A program made the position numbers and the translations under genes. Of a stretch of 32,000 nucleotides of DNA, positions 9,451 through 17,527 are shown one piece after another. Each line of letters opens with the position of its first letter. Within the stretch, counting starts at the first letter, position 1. The stretch covers positions 840,001 through 872,000 of the forward strand of contig OY776328.1 in assembly GCA_963675515.1 (NCBI GenBank), written 5' to 3'. The stretch is from Coprobacillaceae bacterium. GTDB lineage: Bacteria; Bacillota_I; Bacilli_A; Erysipelotrichales; Coprobacillaceae. Below the pieces are notes generated by a model that saw only the letters and a program-made list of their open reading frames with translations, did not search any database and was not told where the DNA came from.

Positions 9451-11058
9451 ATGGAAATAAAAAGAAATTTTGATGTGATAGTGGTCGGGGCCGGGATGGC
9501 AGGGTTGAGCGGAGCAGCCTACCTTTGTAAAAACGGATACGATATCTTGCTTCTCGAGAAAAACAGCGAAGTCGGCGGGCTGGTTGGCTCGTTTGAGCGC
9601 AACGGTTTCCATTTTGATGCCGGAGCCCGGGCGCTTGAGAACTCCGGGGTCATTTTCCCGATGCTAAAACAGCTGGGGATGAAGATGGAATTCGTCAAAA
9701 ATGAGATCAGCATCGGTCTGGAAGACGATTTCATCATTCTCAAGGATATAGAGAGCATTGATGACTATCGCAAGCTACTTGAAAGGCATTTCCCCGGCAA
9801 TATAGAAGACATTTCCGCCATCATCAAGGAAATCAGGAAAGTAGTCGGCTACATGGAGGTCATCTACGGCATCGACAATCCCCTGTTCAGCGATTCGATG
9901 GATGATCCCGATTATCTGTTCAGGACAATCCTGCCATGGCTGGTAAGGTATCAGATCAACATCAAAAAAGCCATGAGGTTAAATCTGCCAATAAAAGAAT
10001 ATCTGGGAAAATACACCAAAAATCAGGCGCTGATCGATTTCATCTCCCAGCATTTCTTCGCCAAAACGCCGACGTTTTTTGCCCTTAGCTATTTCGGGCT
10101 TTACCTTGATTACCATTATCCAATTCAAGGCACCGGAGATCTGGCGTTGAAACTCAGGGATTATATAGTTGAAAATGGCGGCACGATAGTTACAGATACC
10201 AGGGTGGATAGGATAAATATCGACGACAAGAAAATAGTTACGTCAACCGGAGAAGAATACGGTTTTAAGAAACTAGTCTGGGCAGCCGACAACAAGGCGT
10301 TGTACGATTCAATCGATTCAGCCGATCCAATAACGAACATGGCGGTGGAAAAACACAAGATCAGGACTGCCCGGGCCAAGGGAGGCGATTCGGTTCTGTC
10401 TGTCTTCCTGTCGGTCGATAAGGACAGCGAATATTTTGGCTCCATTTCAAGTCCCCATGTTTTCTACACCCCGACCAAGGCAGGGATAAGTTCCATCGAT
10501 GCGATGCCGGAAACAGGAAGTGCCACCAAGGATCAGATACTAAGATGGCTGCATGATTATCTTTGCAACACGACCTATGAGATTTCGATCCCAAACCTGC
10601 GCAACCCCTGGCTGGCCCCGGAAAACCAGACCGGACTGATCGTATCCACGTTGATGGACTACAGGCTGATCGAGCATATCGCCGCAACTGGCTGGTACGA
10701 ACAGTTCAAGGAATTTGCGATCAATGAAATTGTCAATGTTCTGGAACGGTCGCTTTATCCTGGCCTTGGTGAACGCATTGTTGAACAAAGCTGCGCCACC
10801 CCTTTGTCAATCGCGAACCACTGCGGCTCTTTCGAGGGGGCGATCACCGGCTGGTCATTCGAGAATCATCCGCTGCCCTGTGTCAGTGATCTCAAGAAAA
10901 TCGCGAAGGCGGTTGAAACCGAATTCCCCGACATCTTGCAGTGTGGCCAATGGACGTTCTCACCTTCGGGGGTCCCGGTAAGCATCATCACCGGCAAGCT
11001 GGCCAGTGACCGGATCGCCAAAGGGCTTGGGGCTAAAAAAGGTGACAAGGATGTTTGA
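9451..11058 (+). CDS. Phytoene-desaturase-family (CrtI/CrtN/CrtP-like) FAD-dependent oxidoreductase
   Basis: The track start at 9433 is TTG, so ATG 9451 after GAGG is preferred. The dinucleotide fold is FDVIVVGAGMAGLSGAAYL..LLLEKNSEVGG. The C-terminal GQWTFSPSGVPVSIITGKLASDRI resembles the family's C-terminal FAD motif. Confidence 0.75.
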   Translation: MEIKRNFDVIVVGAGMAGLSGAAYLCKNGYDILLLEKNSEVGGLVGSFERNGFHFDAGARALENSGVIFPMLKQLGMKMEFVKNEISIGLEDDFIILKDIESIDDYRKLLERHFPGNIEDISAIIKEIRKVVGYMEVIYGIDNPLFSDSMDDPDYLFRTILPWLVRYQINIKKAMRLNLPIKEYLGKYTKNQALIDFISQHFFAKTPTFFALSYFGLYLDYHYPIQGTGDLALKLRDYIVENGGTIVTDTRVDRINIDDKKIVTSTGEEYGFKKLVWAADNKALYDSIDSADPITNMAVEKHKIRTARAKGGDSVLSVFLSVDKDSEYFGSISSPHVFYTPTKAGISSIDAMPETGSATKDQILRWLHDYLCNTTYEISIPNLRNPWLAPENQTGLIVSTLMDYRLIEHIAATGWYEQFKEFAINEIVNVLERSLYPGLGERIVEQSCATPLSIANHCGSFEGAITGWSFENHPLPCVSDLKKIAKAVETEFPDILQCGQWTFSPSGVPVSIITGKLASDRIAKGLGAKKGDKDV

Positions 11059-12148
11059 TATTGCGATGACGATTGCCGGTATCGCTGCCAGCTGGATCCT
11101 TTTCTTCCGGTTTCCATTTTTGAAAAACGTCACCTCTGTCAAGGGTGATAAGCTCGGTAATGTGAGTGTGATCATTCCGGTCCGCAATGAACAGGAAAAT
11201 ATCGGCCGCCTGCTTGACGACCTGCTTGGTCAAAGCGTGAAGGCAAAGCAGATCATCTGTGTCAACGACGGTTCCACTGACCAAAGCGCCGCGATCATTT
11301 CCGGTCATCCGGTCACCCTGATTGACGTCGACAATAAACCCGAAGGCTGGATTGGCAAGTCGTATGCCTGTTATCTGGGGGCAAATCATGCCAAAGAGGA
11401 TCTGCTGCTTTTTGTCGACAGCGATGTCCGGCTCGAAAGCAATGCCCTGGAAAAGCTGCTAGAAGCCTACAATGAACATGGATTGCCTGTTTCTATCCTG
11501 CCCTGTCATCTCATGGAAAAGCCTTTCGAACAGATGTCTATTTTCTTCAATCTGGTCCAGGTAGCCGCCAACGGCGCCGCCTTGGTCATCGATGGCCAGC
11601 AGGCGGGCCTGTACGGTCCAGTCATCATGATCGACAGGGCAACATACGACAAGATCGGGACACACGAAGCGATCAAAGGCAGCATAGTCGATGATGTGGC
11701 CCTGGGCAGCCGGCTCAAATCAAAAGGATACAGTTTCAGGCTGTATCTTGGCAAAGGTGTGATATCCTATCGGATGTACTCTTCCTTACGGAGTCTGTTT
11801 CAGGGCTGGATCAAGAACTACGCCACCGGTGCCCAGTATGCACCGGCACTAGTTGCCTTGCTTACCTTCTTGTGGGTGGCCTCTTTGTTGACGACTTCGC
11901 TGGGGCTGGCAAAGATGGTGATCGGAGGTTTTGCAGAGGTCAGCTGTTTTTTCATCCTGGCTTATCTGGTCTGGATTGGCGAACTGTTCCGGATTTCTCC
12001 CAAGATCGGGAATTTCAAAACTTCCACAATCATCCTGTTTCCTGGATATGTCGCTGTCTTTGTGGTGGTTTTCCTGATTTCGGGGTTCAAAAAAATATTC
12101 CGACTTCCGGTTGTCTGGAAGGGTCGGAAAGTAAGGGTGGTGAAATAA
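11051..12148 (+). CDS. crtQ: GT2 glycosyltransferase, CrtQ-like (4,4'-diaponeurosporenoate glycosyltransferase family)
   Basis: ATG 11051 overlaps the upstream stop (ATGTTTGA), which suggests translational coupling. Motifs seen are VSVIIPVRNEQENIGRLL, CVNDGSTD, GWIGKSYACYLG, FVDSDV, YRMY..L.SLFQGW.KN..TGA and VVWKGRKV. These match my recollection of S. aureus CrtQ. Confidence 0.7.
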   Translation: MFDIAMTIAGIAASWILFFRFPFLKNVTSVKGDKLGNVSVIIPVRNEQENIGRLLDDLLGQSVKAKQIICVNDGSTDQSAAIISGHPVTLIDVDNKPEGWIGKSYACYLGANHAKEDLLLFVDSDVRLESNALEKLLEAYNEHGLPVSILPCHLMEKPFEQMSIFFNLVQVAANGAALVIDGQQAGLYGPVIMIDRATYDKIGTHEAIKGSIVDDVALGSRLKSKGYSFRLYLGKGVISYRMYSSLRSLFQGWIKNYATGAQYAPALVALLTFLWVASLLTTSLGLAKMVIGGFAEVSCFFILAYLVWIGELFRISPKIGNFKTSTIILFPGYVAVFVVVFLISGFKKIFRLPVVWKGRKVRVVK

Positions 12149-12149
12149 G

Positions 12150-12650
12150 ATGCGCATATTTTACTTCGATTCCCTGACCACCATCATCATCTGTTTTGTC
12201 CTTTGGGCGGTTTTGGGTCTTGTCGCCATGGAGATCACATTTCTGATTCCGGACAGCTTCTATCGGGTCGACAACTGGATGTTCAAAACCTATGCCTGGG
12301 AAAAAGACGGCGTGATCTATGAAAAGCTGTTCAAGGTCAAAAAATGGAAACATCTTTTACCTGATGGGGCCCGTTATGTAAAGCGGGGTTACCGCAAAAA
12401 GAACCTGCAAGACAGCTCGAAAGAAAATCTTGAGTTGTTCGTACTTGAAACCTGTCGGGCTGAGCTGACCCATGTCCTGGGCGCCTTGCCTTTCTGGGTG
12501 TTCGGATTTTTCATCGAACCTGAAGGCGTCCTGATCATGCTTGGCTACGCGATCATTGCCAACCTGCCTTGCATCCTGGTCCAGCGTTACAACAGAATCC
12601 GGCTGACTAAGATACTTGCAAAAAAGAAAAAGGCAGTTCCCGGTTTATGA
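12150..12650 (+). CDS. crtO: CrtO-like membrane acyltransferase (glycosyl-4,4'-diaponeurosporenoate acyltransferase family)
   Basis: 166-aa membrane ORF starting 2 nt after the GT2 stop. KKWKH, ETCRAELTH and LVQRYNRIRLTKIL match motifs I recall from S. aureus CrtO (from memory, not searched). Confidence 0.6.
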   Translation: MRIFYFDSLTTIIICFVLWAVLGLVAMEITFLIPDSFYRVDNWMFKTYAWEKDGVIYEKLFKVKKWKHLLPDGARYVKRGYRKKNLQDSSKENLELFVLETCRAELTHVLGALPFWVFGFFIEPEGVLIMLGYAIIANLPCILVQRYNRIRLTKILAKKKKAVPGL

Positions 12651-12670
12651 TCGGACCGGAACTGCCTTTT
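12632..12670 (+). terminator. Rho-independent terminator ending the crt-like operon
   Basis: GGCAGTTCCCGG-loop-CCGGAACTGCC (one bulge) is followed by TTTT. It overlaps the stop codon at 12648-12650. Confidence 0.75.
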
Positions 12671-12732
12671 GGGCCTTGTGAGAGTTGAACGAAGGAATTG
12701 TGGAATCTGAAACGCTTTTGTGAAAAATGTAT

Positions 12733-12763
12733 TGACTTAAGTTGACTCTAAGGGCGTATACTC
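12733..12763 (+). promoter_or_regulatory. MerR-type promoter P2 (19-bp spacer) upstream of the AKR/Fe-S gene
   Basis: The sequence is TTGACT-taagttgactctaagggcg-TATACT. The spacer is 19 nt and contains CTTAAGTtgACTCTAAG. Confidence 0.65.
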
Positions 12764-12783
12764 GAAAATAGGAGGGCTTTTAC

Positions 12784-13902
12784 ATGACATATACATTTGA
12801 AGATATCAAAGAATTAGGTTTCGGTCTGATGCGGCTGCCTAAGAGTGGCGATAGCATCGACATCGAACAGACCAAGGTTATGGTTGACAAGTTCATGGCG
12901 GCGGGATTCACTTATTTCGACACGGCTTGGGCTTATTCAGGCAGCGAAGATGCCATCAGACAGGCATTGGTTGAACGCTATCCAAGGGAATCCTATCAGC
13001 TGGCAACCAAAAATGCGGCCTGGATTAACTGCAAGAGCAGGGAAGAGGCCATCGACCAGTTCAACACCTCGCTAAGACAGACCGGAGCGGGCTACTTCGA
13101 CTTCTATCTGCTCCATAACCTGGGTGAGGCAAGAACCCACTATTTCGACGATTTCAAGATGTGGGACTTTGTCCAGGAGAAAAAGGCTGAAGGGCTGATC
13201 AAGCATGTCGGTTTCTCGTTCCACTCGACTCCAGAAGAGCTCGAGGAAATCCTTATCCAACATCCGGAAATGGAATTTGTCCAGCTGCAGATCAATTATG
13301 CCGACTGGGAAAATCCGGCTATCCAATCACGGGCCTGTTATGAGGTTGCCCGCAAATACAACAAGGCGGTCATCGTCATGGAACCGGTAAAAGGTGGCAT
13401 GCTTGCCACTCCGCCTGAAACCGTAGCCAAGGTGTTCAAGGACGCCAACCCGGATGCTTCGATGGCATCGTGGGCGATCAAGTTCGCTGCCAACCTCGAT
13501 GGCGTGGTCACTGTCCTTTCAGGGATGAGCAACATCGAGCAGATGGACGACAACCTTTCGTACATGAAGGACTTCGAGAAACTGAGCGGAGAAGAAATGA
13601 AAGTAATCGAAAAGGCGCAGGAAGAGTTGAGCAAGATCGACATCATTCCTTGCACCACATGCGATTACTGCGCCAAGGTGTGTCCGATGGATATTGGAAT
13701 CTCGGGATCATTCACTGCGATGAACGTGCATATCATATACGGGGACAAGGCAAAGGCCCAGGCTCAGGAAAACTGGCTGGTTACCAGACATGGCAAGAAA
13801 AGGGCAGACGAATGCATTAAATGCGGAGCCTGCGAGGATGTCTGTCCGCAGCATATCCAAATTCGACAACAGCTCGACCGGGTTGTTTCAGAATTGTTCT
13901 AG
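12784..13902 (+). CDS. Aldo/keto reductase fused to a C-terminal 2x[4Fe-4S] ferredoxin-type domain
   Basis: 372-aa ORF with an AGGAGG RBS. The AKR N-terminal part carries FTYFDTAWAYSGSE, LATK and FYLLHN. The C-terminus carries CTTCDYCAKVCP and CIKCGACEDVCP. Confidence 0.8.
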   Translation: MTYTFEDIKELGFGLMRLPKSGDSIDIEQTKVMVDKFMAAGFTYFDTAWAYSGSEDAIRQALVERYPRESYQLATKNAAWINCKSREEAIDQFNTSLRQTGAGYFDFYLLHNLGEARTHYFDDFKMWDFVQEKKAEGLIKHVGFSFHSTPEELEEILIQHPEMEFVQLQINYADWENPAIQSRACYEVARKYNKAVIVMEPVKGGMLATPPETVAKVFKDANPDASMASWAIKFAANLDGVVTVLSGMSNIEQMDDNLSYMKDFEKLSGEEMKVIEKAQEELSKIDIIPCTTCDYCAKVCPMDIGISGSFTAMNVHIIYGDKAKAQAQENWLVTRHGKKRADECIKCGACEDVCPQHIQIRQQLDRVVSELF

Positions 13903-13931
13903 AGAGTTTACAACAACTCTCTTTTTTTTTG
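13901..13931 (+). terminator. Rho-independent terminator
   Basis: AGAGAGTT-tacaac-AACTCTCT is followed by T9. It overlaps the stop codon. Confidence 0.8.
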
Positions 13932-14155
13932 TCACCTCATAACCGCCGACGTTTCTAGTTGGGGATGGTTGATTCGCACCCTTCATCATGATATAGACAA
14001 AAAGCCTCCATAGAATTGCCGTGGATCAAAGACAATTCAATGGAGGTGGTCTTGCATTTACTTGTCAGTGAAAAGCTTAGAGATCATTGTCTTTACGGCT
14101 ATGTTTGCGGGCGGGATTATTTTTGTCATCGATGACATGATTTAGAATATCCTTT

Positions 14156-14494
14156 TCATGGTCGACCTTGTTTTAAATAGGCGACCCGAAGTTGCGCCTG
14201 AACCAGCTGCTCTTGAGCCAATTCAAGCTGGGATTGGACCAGTTCATATCTTTTCGCAACTGCCTCATCGCCTGACTCGAAGCAAAGATCTTCATATTCC
14301 TTGATGGCTTCCAGCGACATTCCCAGTTCGCGCAGGTATATCACCCCTTTGAGCCAGTCTATTGCTTCGTCATCGAAAACCCGGCGGTTGTTTTCATCCC
14401 GCTTAAGGTTTGGAACAAGCCCCAGGTTTGTATAATAACGCAGGGTGTGGATTGATATATTGAGAATTTCGCTTACCTCTTTTGGCAGATACAT
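14156..14494 (-). CDS. Small MerR-family transcriptional regulator (paralog 1)
   Basis: 112-aa ORF with a GGAGG RBS. The wHTH is MYLPKEVSEILNISIHTLRYYTNLGLVP...NRRVFDDEAIDWLKGVIYLRELGMSLEAIKEY. It has a coiled-coil tail and no C-terminal ligand domain. Confidence 0.85.
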   Translation of the reverse strand: MYLPKEVSEILNISIHTLRYYTNLGLVPNLKRDENNRRVFDDEAIDWLKGVIYLRELGMSLEAIKEYEDLCFESGDEAVAKRYELVQSQLELAQEQLVQAQLRVAYLKQGRP

Positions 14495-14590
14495 AGGTTT
14501 TCCTCCATTTTCATGATTTGATTAATATCGATGGACTCGAGACTAAAGATTGCTTGATTCACGATAATTACCCGGGCAATTGCCATTTGA

Positions 14591-15004
14591 TTATCTGTCT
14601 TTTTGGGATTTCCTTTTTGCCGGGTTTTTGGTGTCCTGACTCTCGTCTTCAAGGATATCCTTTTCATTGGCGACAGCCTTTTCCAGATAGCTGATCCTTA
14701 TTTTGGCCTTTTCGAGTTCCGCTTTCGCATTCTCCAGCTGCTTTGATATGATTTCCAATCTTTTTTTCTTGGCATCTTTGCCATCCTTCTGGCAAAGTGA
14801 GATGAATTCCTTGATGTCGTCAAGAGGCATTCCCAGTTCACGGAAATACTTGGTTCCCTTGAGCCATTCGATCGACTCTTCATCGAAAACCCGGCGATTG
14901 TGCGAGTCACGCCTCAAAGATGGGACCAAGCCTTCGTCGCAATAATAGCGGATTGTATGTTGGGAAAGTTCCAGGATTTCGCTTGCTTGTTTTACGGTAT
15001 ACAT
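14591..15004 (-). CDS. Small MerR-family transcriptional regulator (paralog 2)
   Basis: 137-aa ORF with a GGAGG RBS. The wHTH is MYTVKQASEILELSQHTIRYYCDEGLVP...NRRVFDEESIEWLKGTKYFRELGMPLDDIKEF. It has a Lys/Glu-rich tail. Confidence 0.85.
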   Translation of the reverse strand: MYTVKQASEILELSQHTIRYYCDEGLVPSLRRDSHNRRVFDEESIEWLKGTKYFRELGMPLDDIKEFISLCQKDGKDAKKKRLEIISKQLENAKAELEKAKIRISYLEKAVANEKDILEDESQDTKNPAKRKSQKDR

Positions 15005-15030
15005 GTTTTTCCTCCAGGTTAAAAAAATGG

Positions 15031-15061
15031 TTGACTGAGAGTAACTCTAATACCTTAATAT
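15031..15061 (+). promoter_or_regulatory. MerR-type promoter P3 (19-bp spacer), divergent from MerR paralog 2 and facing the MFS gene
   Basis: The sequence is TTGACT-gagagtaactctaatacct-TAATAT. The spacer is 19 nt with a perfect dyad AGAGT-a-ACTCT. Confidence 0.7.
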
Positions 15062-15207
15062 CATTCTAGCATCTTCTTGTGCCAATGGAAACAGGATATT
15101 TCCTGTGACTATAAAGGCGACCAGCTTAATCATAGATGGGTCTGGACAGTCGATGCGAACTTATCGTTGTCATCAGGCAATGATTCTATTGTGAAAGGAA
15201 ATCAAAG

Positions 15208-16365
15208 ATGAAAAACAAGGTTTTAATGAATTATATCGCAATCCTCTCGCTGTTTTTGTTTGCGGGGGCGGGAACATTTGAAAACCCCGGAGTCCAGGCG
15301 ACCATAGAAGCCTGGCCGAAGATTGCCAATTCGACAATCCGGATGATGATCACCCTGCCAAGTCTGGTGAGCACCATCACCATGATCCTGGTTGGCCGGA
15401 TTGTAGGCAAGAAAATAAGTTACCGCAGAGTCTGCATCCTGGGGGCTGCAATGATATTGATCGGGGGACTCGTTCCGTTTTTCTTCCATCCTGATTGGTA
15501 TCTTGTATTAGGATTCCGGGCGCTGCTTGGAGTAGGAGTCGGATTCTTCTCGGTTAGAAATGCGTTGCTTATCAAGGAAGTTCCAGTGGAATCTCTGGCT
15601 AAATACATCGGTTATGGCAGCGTCCTGGCAAGTCTGATGACGGTCATTGTCTCGCCGGTTGTCGGGCGCCTGGTCGCTTTTGGATGGCAGTATGCAATGT
15701 TGGGCAATCTGGCCGTTTTGATAAGTGTTGTATTGGTTGTCCTTTTCTTGCAGGAACCGGCCGACGATGAGACTGTCGAAGAAATCGAGCCAGTCGGTTC
15801 AGTTCCCAAAGTCGTGTATTTATACATCTTCATCCAGTTTTTAGCGACCATGGTCCTCTATCCGGTGCTGTCGGGAATGTCTTCGTATCTGGGAGCGATT
15901 GGGATCGATAATGCCACAATCGCCGGTTACATGTTATCGCTCTACACCATTGGTGGTGTTATCTCCAATACTTTTCTGTCTGGCATCCTAAAACTGTTCA
16001 AGAAAAACACATTGTTCATGGCCTTGATGACTACGGCTTTGGGCAATGCGTTGATCATTTTTACGGGCAACATCATCATGATTGGGATTGGGACGATGCT
16101 TTCGGGAGTCGGGTTCATGATTCTCTTCTCGCTGATGCAGATTTTCAATGGCCGGGTCTGTGATCAAAGGATAATCGCCCAGACTTCGACGATGATCCTG
16201 GCCGCAAGCCAGCTGGGAGTGTTCTTGTCGAGCTACTTTATCGAAGGCGCAGTAAAGATCAATCTTTTTGAGATTGAGATATTGAATACGTACTTTATAT
16301 GCATGTTAACCTATCTTGTACTGGGTGCAGTGGTGTTTGTTTTTAAAAGAATAATCATCAAGTAA
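15208..16365 (+). CDS. MFS transporter
   Basis: 385-aa polytopic ORF, the only long ORF in this interval. Confidence 0.7.
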   Translation: MKNKVLMNYIAILSLFLFAGAGTFENPGVQATIEAWPKIANSTIRMMITLPSLVSTITMILVGRIVGKKISYRRVCILGAAMILIGGLVPFFFHPDWYLVLGFRALLGVGVGFFSVRNALLIKEVPVESLAKYIGYGSVLASLMTVIVSPVVGRLVAFGWQYAMLGNLAVLISVVLVVLFLQEPADDETVEEIEPVGSVPKVVYLYIFIQFLATMVLYPVLSGMSSYLGAIGIDNATIAGYMLSLYTIGGVISNTFLSGILKLFKKNTLFMALMTTALGNALIIFTGNIIMIGIGTMLSGVGFMILFSLMQIFNGRVCDQRIIAQTSTMILAASQLGVFLSSYFIEGAVKINLFEIEILNTYFICMLTYLVLGAVVFVFKRIIIK

Positions 16366-16748
16366 CAGATAATTTGTCTTAATCTTGAATTGATCTCAAA
16401 ATCTTGCTTTGCCTGTAAAGGTGAATTCGCATTCCAAATTTTCCTTGACTTAAATAATATGAAGATTAGGAATTAACTGAGTGATGAAGCCCGCCATATA
16501 TTTTGAAAATGTAATGATGCTTTTGAATGACCACATGGCTCAGGTTGAAATTTTCAGTTGTGAAATATAGAAATTTTGTCACTCAAAAACGCACCAAATT
16601 TCTACATACTAGATAAAATACTATCCTTTCACAAACCAAAAGACATGCTCCTGTGGCATATGGTCATTCAAGATGATGCTTAAGAGTTTCACTATTTTCA
16701 GATACTATGTGTGCTTGGACCAATTAGCGATTATATGTGAAAAATTGA

Positions 16749-16779
16749 TTGACTTAGAGTTATATTGAACCATTATAAT
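16749..16779 (+). promoter_or_regulatory. MerR-type promoter P4 (19-bp spacer) upstream of the flavodoxin gene
   Basis: The sequence is TTGACT-tagagttatattgaaccat-TATAAT. The spacer is 19 nt. The left half-site TTAGAGT is conserved and the right half is degenerate. Confidence 0.55.
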
Positions 16780-16906
16780 GGATGTAGAAGGGACATTCAT
16801 GTCATGGTTGTCATAAATTTATTTGTAGGTTCAAAAAGCCTAATTGGGGCACAAAATCTGTCCAATTGAATGACCTTAATTGCGAATAGGAAAGGAAGAA
16901 TATGAA

Positions 16907-17392
16907 ATGAGCAAGAAGATATTAGTTACTTATTTTTCATGCAGTGGTGTTACAAGGGAATTGGCGGGTCAAATATCAACCGAGGTTGATGGTGACTTGT
17001 TTGAAATCGTACCGGAGGTGCCGTATACCAATGCGGATTTGAACTGGATGAATGATAAATCCCGTAGCAGCATTGAGATGAAAGATCCATCATCTCGGCC
17101 GGTAATTGCCAGCAAGATCGATGATTTTTCCAAATATGATACAGTGTTTATCGGATTTCCGATCTGGTGGTATACATTCCCTTCAATCATCAACACGTTC
17201 CTTGAAAGTTACGATTTCAACGGCAAAACAATCATCCCATTTGCCACGTCGGGCAGCAGCGGTCTGGGGCAGATTGAGCAGCATTTCAAAAAAGCCTGCA
17301 AGGGCAATGTGTTCTGGAAAAAAGCGGAAGTATTCAAAGGTGGTTCTTCCCATAAGCAATTGATAGCATGGCTGGAAAATCTAAATATTTGA
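16907..17392 (+). CDS. Flavodoxin-family protein
   Basis: The track start at 16880 is TTG, so AAAGGAAG plus ATG 16907 is preferred. The N-terminus MSKKILVTYFSCSGVTRELA is an FMN phosphate-loop type. FIGFPIWWYTFP is also present. Confidence 0.8.
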   Translation: MSKKILVTYFSCSGVTRELAGQISTEVDGDLFEIVPEVPYTNADLNWMNDKSRSSIEMKDPSSRPVIASKIDDFSKYDTVFIGFPIWWYTFPSIINTFLESYDFNGKTIIPFATSGSSGLGQIEQHFKKACKGNVFWKKAEVFKGGSSHKQLIAWLENLNI

Positions 17393-17527
17393 GTATGATA
17401 ATTTGATTCAACGAGTTGATTTTTCATCGCTTGTTATCATGCGTTTCATGCATGCTTGATAATAAACGATAGGCATTGGACATGACTGGTAGCTTGAGAT
17501 AAGATGGAGTTATAGGGAGGCTCATAT

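Noticed and set aside
13990-14050. An inverted repeat CCTCCAT-27 nt-ATGGAGG downstream of MerR paralog 1, and a ~32-codon ORF starting at the ATGGAGG.
   Set aside because: The loop is too long for a confident terminator call and the small ORF has no RBS. At best it is a weak minus-strand terminator (an A-run on the plus strand precedes it).
14575-14584. A perfect palindrome GGCAATTGCC just past the stop of MerR paralog 2.
   Set aside because: A loop-less 10-bp palindrome is expected by chance many times in this window. It has no promoter context.
16445-16475. Another TTGACT in the AT-rich gap (TTGACTTAAATAATATGAAGATTAGGAATTA).
   Set aside because: There is no acceptable -10 at 17-19 nt, no AGT/ACT dyad and no gene immediately downstream.
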